DNA of 61,218 nucleotides from Thermoplasmatota archaeon. GTDB lineage: Archaea > Thermoplasmatota > E2 > DHVEG-1. The notes beneath the pieces were generated by a model that did not search any database, was not told the origin of the DNA, and saw only the letters and a list, made by a program, of their open reading frames with translations. The position numbers were made by a program, and so were the translations under genes. Location of the stretch: the NCBI GenBank assembly GCA_038740425.1, contig JAVYLV010000001.1, positions 1 through 61,218 on the forward strand, read 5' to 3'. This document shows, one piece after another, positions 58,443 through 61,218 of the stretch; within the stretch, counting starts at the first letter, position 1; each line of letters starts with the position of its first letter.

Positions 58443-60323
58443 CTAATCACGTTTCACCTCTTTTGATTTACCAGTAGTCTTAGATATAGCGTTGAATTTG
58501 CATACGTCTATACAGCTTCCGCATTTGATGCATCTCTCATTATCTATAGTATATAATGTTTTTTTATCACCACTAATAGCATCAACCGGGCAGTTCTTAG
58601 CGCATAGACCACAAGCTTTGCATTTATTAGAATCTATAACATATGATATTAATGCTTTACAGACTTTAGCTGGGCATTCACCTCTCAGATGAGCCTCATA
58701 TTCATCATAGAAGTATTTTATAGTACTGAGAACCGGGTTAGGAGCTGACTGACCAAGAGCACATAAAGCAGACATCTGCACAACCTCTGATAACTCTTTT
58801 AAGAGATCCAGATCCTCAGGTAGAGCCTTACCGCTAGTTATATCTTTTAATATACGGTTCATCTGACGTAATCCTTCGCGGCATGGTACACATTTGCCAC
58901 ATGATTCTTGTGTTAGGAAATCAACAAAATAACGAGCGATATCAACCATGCATGTATCCTCATCCATGACGATCATGCCACCAGAACCCATCATAGAGCC
59001 TATATTGTAGAGTTCATCGAAATCCACAGGTAGATCAAGATACTTATCAGGTATACAGCCGCCTGATGGGCCCCCTGTCTGTACCGCTTTGAATTGTTTT
59101 CCATCAGGTATACCGCCACCTATGTCGTATATGATCTCACGTAGGGTTACACCCATAGGTACCTCTACCAAGCCGGTATTGTTAACTTTACCGACAAGTG
59201 AGAATATCTTAGTACCAGGGCTGTTAGCAGTGCCCATACTAGTAAACCATCGTGCACCGTTGTTAACTATAAAAGGAACGTTAGCCCACGTCTCAACATT
59301 GTTCAAACATGAGGGTTTATTCCATAGTCCACTAACCGCAGTATGTATATATTTAGGTCTAGGTTCACCTACTTTGCCTTCTATAGCTGACATCAATGCG
59401 CTAGATTCACCTGATACGAATGCCCCTGCTCCTCTATGAACCTTAACTGTGAAGTTAAAACCTGAACCTAGTATATTCTTACCTAAGAAGCCGTACTCCT
59501 CAGCTTGTTTTATAGCCCATTCTGTATTCTCAACAGCTAATGGGTATTCCTGACGTATATACACAAATCCCTCATGCGCTCCTATAGTATACCCACCTAT
59601 TATCAAACCTTCAAGTACACTGTGAGGGTTACCCTCCATCAAAGCTCTATCCATGAATGCACCAGGGTCTCCTTCATCACAGTTTACTATAACATATTTT
59701 GGTTCACCTGGTGCATTCTTTGTAGTTTCCCATTTACGACCAGCTGGGAATCCACCGCCACCTCGACCTCTAAGATTAGATTTTTTTATCTCATCTAGTA
59801 TCTCATCTGGCTTCATCTTGAATAAGGCTTTAGCTAGAGCTGTATAACCACCTACCGCTATGTAATCCTCTATGTTTTTAGGATCTATTTTAGAGTTATT
59901 ACCCATCAGGACTCTACATTGATTCTTATAGAATGGTATCTCTGATTCATATATGATCTTCTTGTTGGTTTTAGGATCGGTATATAGTAATCGATCAATG
60001 ACTCTTCTCTCTATTATGGTTTGTTTTATTATATCAGAAGCGTCAGATGATTTAACCTGAATGTAGCATATACCTTCAGGGTATATCACCACTATTGTAC
60101 CCTTTTCGCAGAATCCAGGGCATCCTATAGTTTTTAACTCTACAACATCATCTAAATGTTCTTTTTTTAATTCTTCTCTTAACGCTTCCACAACCTTATC
60201 GCTAGCGTATGCTCTGCATCCCGTGCCTGAGCACACAGAGATACGTATCTTTTTAGGGGCATGCTTTTTAGATAAATTTTCCCTGTATTGTTCAAATTCT
60301 TTTAAAGAGTTGAATCTTGGCAT
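58443..60323 (-). CDS. NuoF/HydB-like NAD(P)H-binding flavoprotein, with N-terminal thioredoxin-like 2Fe-2S and C-terminal 2x[4Fe-4S] domains
   Basis: Motifs present: GRGGGGFPAGRKWE (FMN), VNCDEGDPGAF (NADH), ESCGKCVPCREG (N3 cluster). The C-terminus carries CKACGLCAKNCP and CIKCGSCIDVC. Confidence 0.9.
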   Translation of the reverse strand: MPRFNSLKEFEQYRENLSKKHAPKKIRISVCSGTGCRAYASDKVVEALREELKKEHLDDVVELKTIGCPGFCEKGTIVVIYPEGICYIQVKSSDASDIIKQTIIERRVIDRLLYTDPKTNKKIIYESEIPFYKNQCRVLMGNNSKIDPKNIEDYIAVGGYTALAKALFKMKPDEILDEIKKSNLRGRGGGGFPAGRKWETTKNAPGEPKYVIVNCDEGDPGAFMDRALMEGNPHSVLEGLIIGGYTIGAHEGFVYIRQEYPLAVENTEWAIKQAEEYGFLGKNILGSGFNFTVKVHRGAGAFVSGESSALMSAIEGKVGEPRPKYIHTAVSGLWNKPSCLNNVETWANVPFIVNNGARWFTSMGTANSPGTKIFSLVGKVNNTGLVEVPMGVTLREIIYDIGGGIPDGKQFKAVQTGGPSGGCIPDKYLDLPVDFDELYNIGSMMGSGGMIVMDEDTCMVDIARYFVDFLTQESCGKCVPCREGLRQMNRILKDITSGKALPEDLDLLKELSEVVQMSALCALGQSAPNPVLSTIKYFYDEYEAHLRGECPAKVCKALISYVIDSNKCKACGLCAKNCPVDAISGDKKTLYTIDNERCIKCGSCIDVCKFNAISKTTGKSKEVKRD

Positions 60324-60366
60324 ACACCTTACGCTCCTACGTGTTTTTTTATAGTTCTAAATTCTT

Positions 60367-61170
60367 TCAGGGGGTCACAGTTGGTTTATAAGCCAAAGGT
60401 GTTCTTTTTTCATGTTCAACATTTGTAACAGTTTTCTCCTTCTGGTATAAAGAGAGTACATCTTTGATCTGTGCTGGTGTGAGCTTGCCGTGGTAATCAT
60501 TATCGATTGTCATTACTGGTCCTAGTGCGCAGCATCCTAAGCAGTTGACGCTTTCAAGTGTGAATTTCATATCAGGTGTTGTACCACCTGATTTTACACC
60601 AAGGTGTTGTTCAGTCGCTTCCAGTATCTTAGTCCCTCCCCTAACATGGCAGGCTGTGCCTAAGCATACTCTGATTGTGTGTTCTCCTCTTGGTTCAAGG
60701 CTGAATGCTTTGTAGAATGTAGCTATCTGTAGTATTTGAGCCATGGGTATGTTCAGTCTTTCTGATACCCATATTAAATCTGGTTTTGGTAACCAGTGTT
60801 TCTTCTCTTGTATTCTGAGTAGTATCTGTATCAGAGCGTTTTTTTCACCGTTATACTCATCTATGATCTCATCCACCTCTCTAAGCTCTTGTATCATCTG
60901 TTTTACTGATTCTTCTCTCTGCTTGATCTGCTTTAATGCTTTTATATGTTGTATAGCTTCTTCTTCTAGTTTTTTTAACTCTATGCTAAGAGGGGGTTTG
61001 TCTAAACCTAATGCATAGTATTCAGATAATATCTCTAATCCCCTCAGCAAGATGTCACTCTTGCTTAGCTCTGAGTGTTTCTGTATGTTATGTAATGCTT
61101 TTTTTTGTTCCTCTGTTAATCTCACTCCTACAAAATGTGATTTTGTTTTTTCTTTGCTCATAATCATCAC
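60367..61170 (-). CDS. NuoE/HydC-like thioredoxin-fold 2Fe-2S subunit with N-terminal ribbon-helix-helix and coiled-coil extension
   Basis: The NuoE core has ALIQILLRIQEKKHWLP...CLGTACHVRG...NCLGCCALGPVM. The N-terminal about 45 aa (SHFVGVRLTEEQKKALHNIQKHSELSKSDILLRGLEILSEYY) fits a CopG/Arc-type RHH, followed by a charged coiled-coil. Confidence 0.8.
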   Translation of the reverse strand: MMIMSKEKTKSHFVGVRLTEEQKKALHNIQKHSELSKSDILLRGLEILSEYYALGLDKPPLSIELKKLEEEAIQHIKALKQIKQREESVKQMIQELREVDEIIDEYNGEKNALIQILLRIQEKKHWLPKPDLIWVSERLNIPMAQILQIATFYKAFSLEPRGEHTIRVCLGTACHVRGGTKILEATEQHLGVKSGGTTPDMKFTLESVNCLGCCALGPVMTIDNDYHGKLTPAQIKDVLSLYQKEKTVTNVEHEKRTPLAYKPTVTP

Positions 61171-61189
61171 TTGTTAAACGGTTTAACAA
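61171..61189. promoter_or_regulatory. 19-nt palindrome directly upstream of the RHH-NuoE gene (candidate operator)
   Basis: TTGTTAAAC-G-GTTTAACAA has perfect 9-bp arms around one central base and abuts the GTG/ATG start cluster at 61159-61170. Confidence 0.35.
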
Positions 61190-61218
61190 ATTCAAGCAGG
61201 TGAAGAAAACAAGTTAAC

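Overview
This is a low-GC archaeal chromosomal segment. Hand counts of single 60-nt lines give about 40-48% GC in core genes. Archaeal markers are ABCE1, L15e, S15, FEN-1, an archaeal RecJ/GAN-like protein, a Pcc1-like protein, a duplicated EndA, ArcS, split GMP synthase, FBP aldolase/phosphatase, and a methanogen-type (type-2) SerRS. About 55 genes are mostly housekeeping: translation (glyS, cysS, serS, one tRNA-Lys), purine and arginine metabolism (purH, purE, guaAA/guaAB, argF), sugar metabolism (pgi/pmi, rpiA, fbp), ion transport (TrkH, CPA2), and membrane proteases (PrsW, M50). Several secreted or membrane-anchored surface proteins are also present (beta-propeller, LamG-PKD, DUF11-like/PKD, an S16 Lon-like domain, a TSP3-repeat metalloprotease). 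The one clear accessory insertion lies at about 37.8-40.5 kb between fen and argF. It is a very AT-rich three-gene minus-strand cassette: a single-HKD PLD-family nuclease fused to an Mrr_N-like winged helix, followed by two small unknown ORFs. Next to it sits a 1002-bp decayed IS with perfect 14-bp inverted repeats and an 11-bp target-site duplication. I consider this cassette the best candidate for an undescribed defence or restriction-like system. Other notable items are: a solo Cas4-like PD-(D/E)XK nuclease split over two frames by a predicted transmembrane hairpin; an archaeal pentameric ligand-gated ion channel homologue; and an orphan NuoE/NuoF/NuoG-N-like flavin/FeS module whose NuoE subunit has an N-terminal ribbon-helix-helix domain and a 19-nt palindrome just upstream. 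A ThiI-like THUMP protein with a degenerate PP-loop is also present. No CRISPR array, rRNA or reverse transcriptase was seen. All family assignments rest on motif recognition by eye and need profile searches to confirm.
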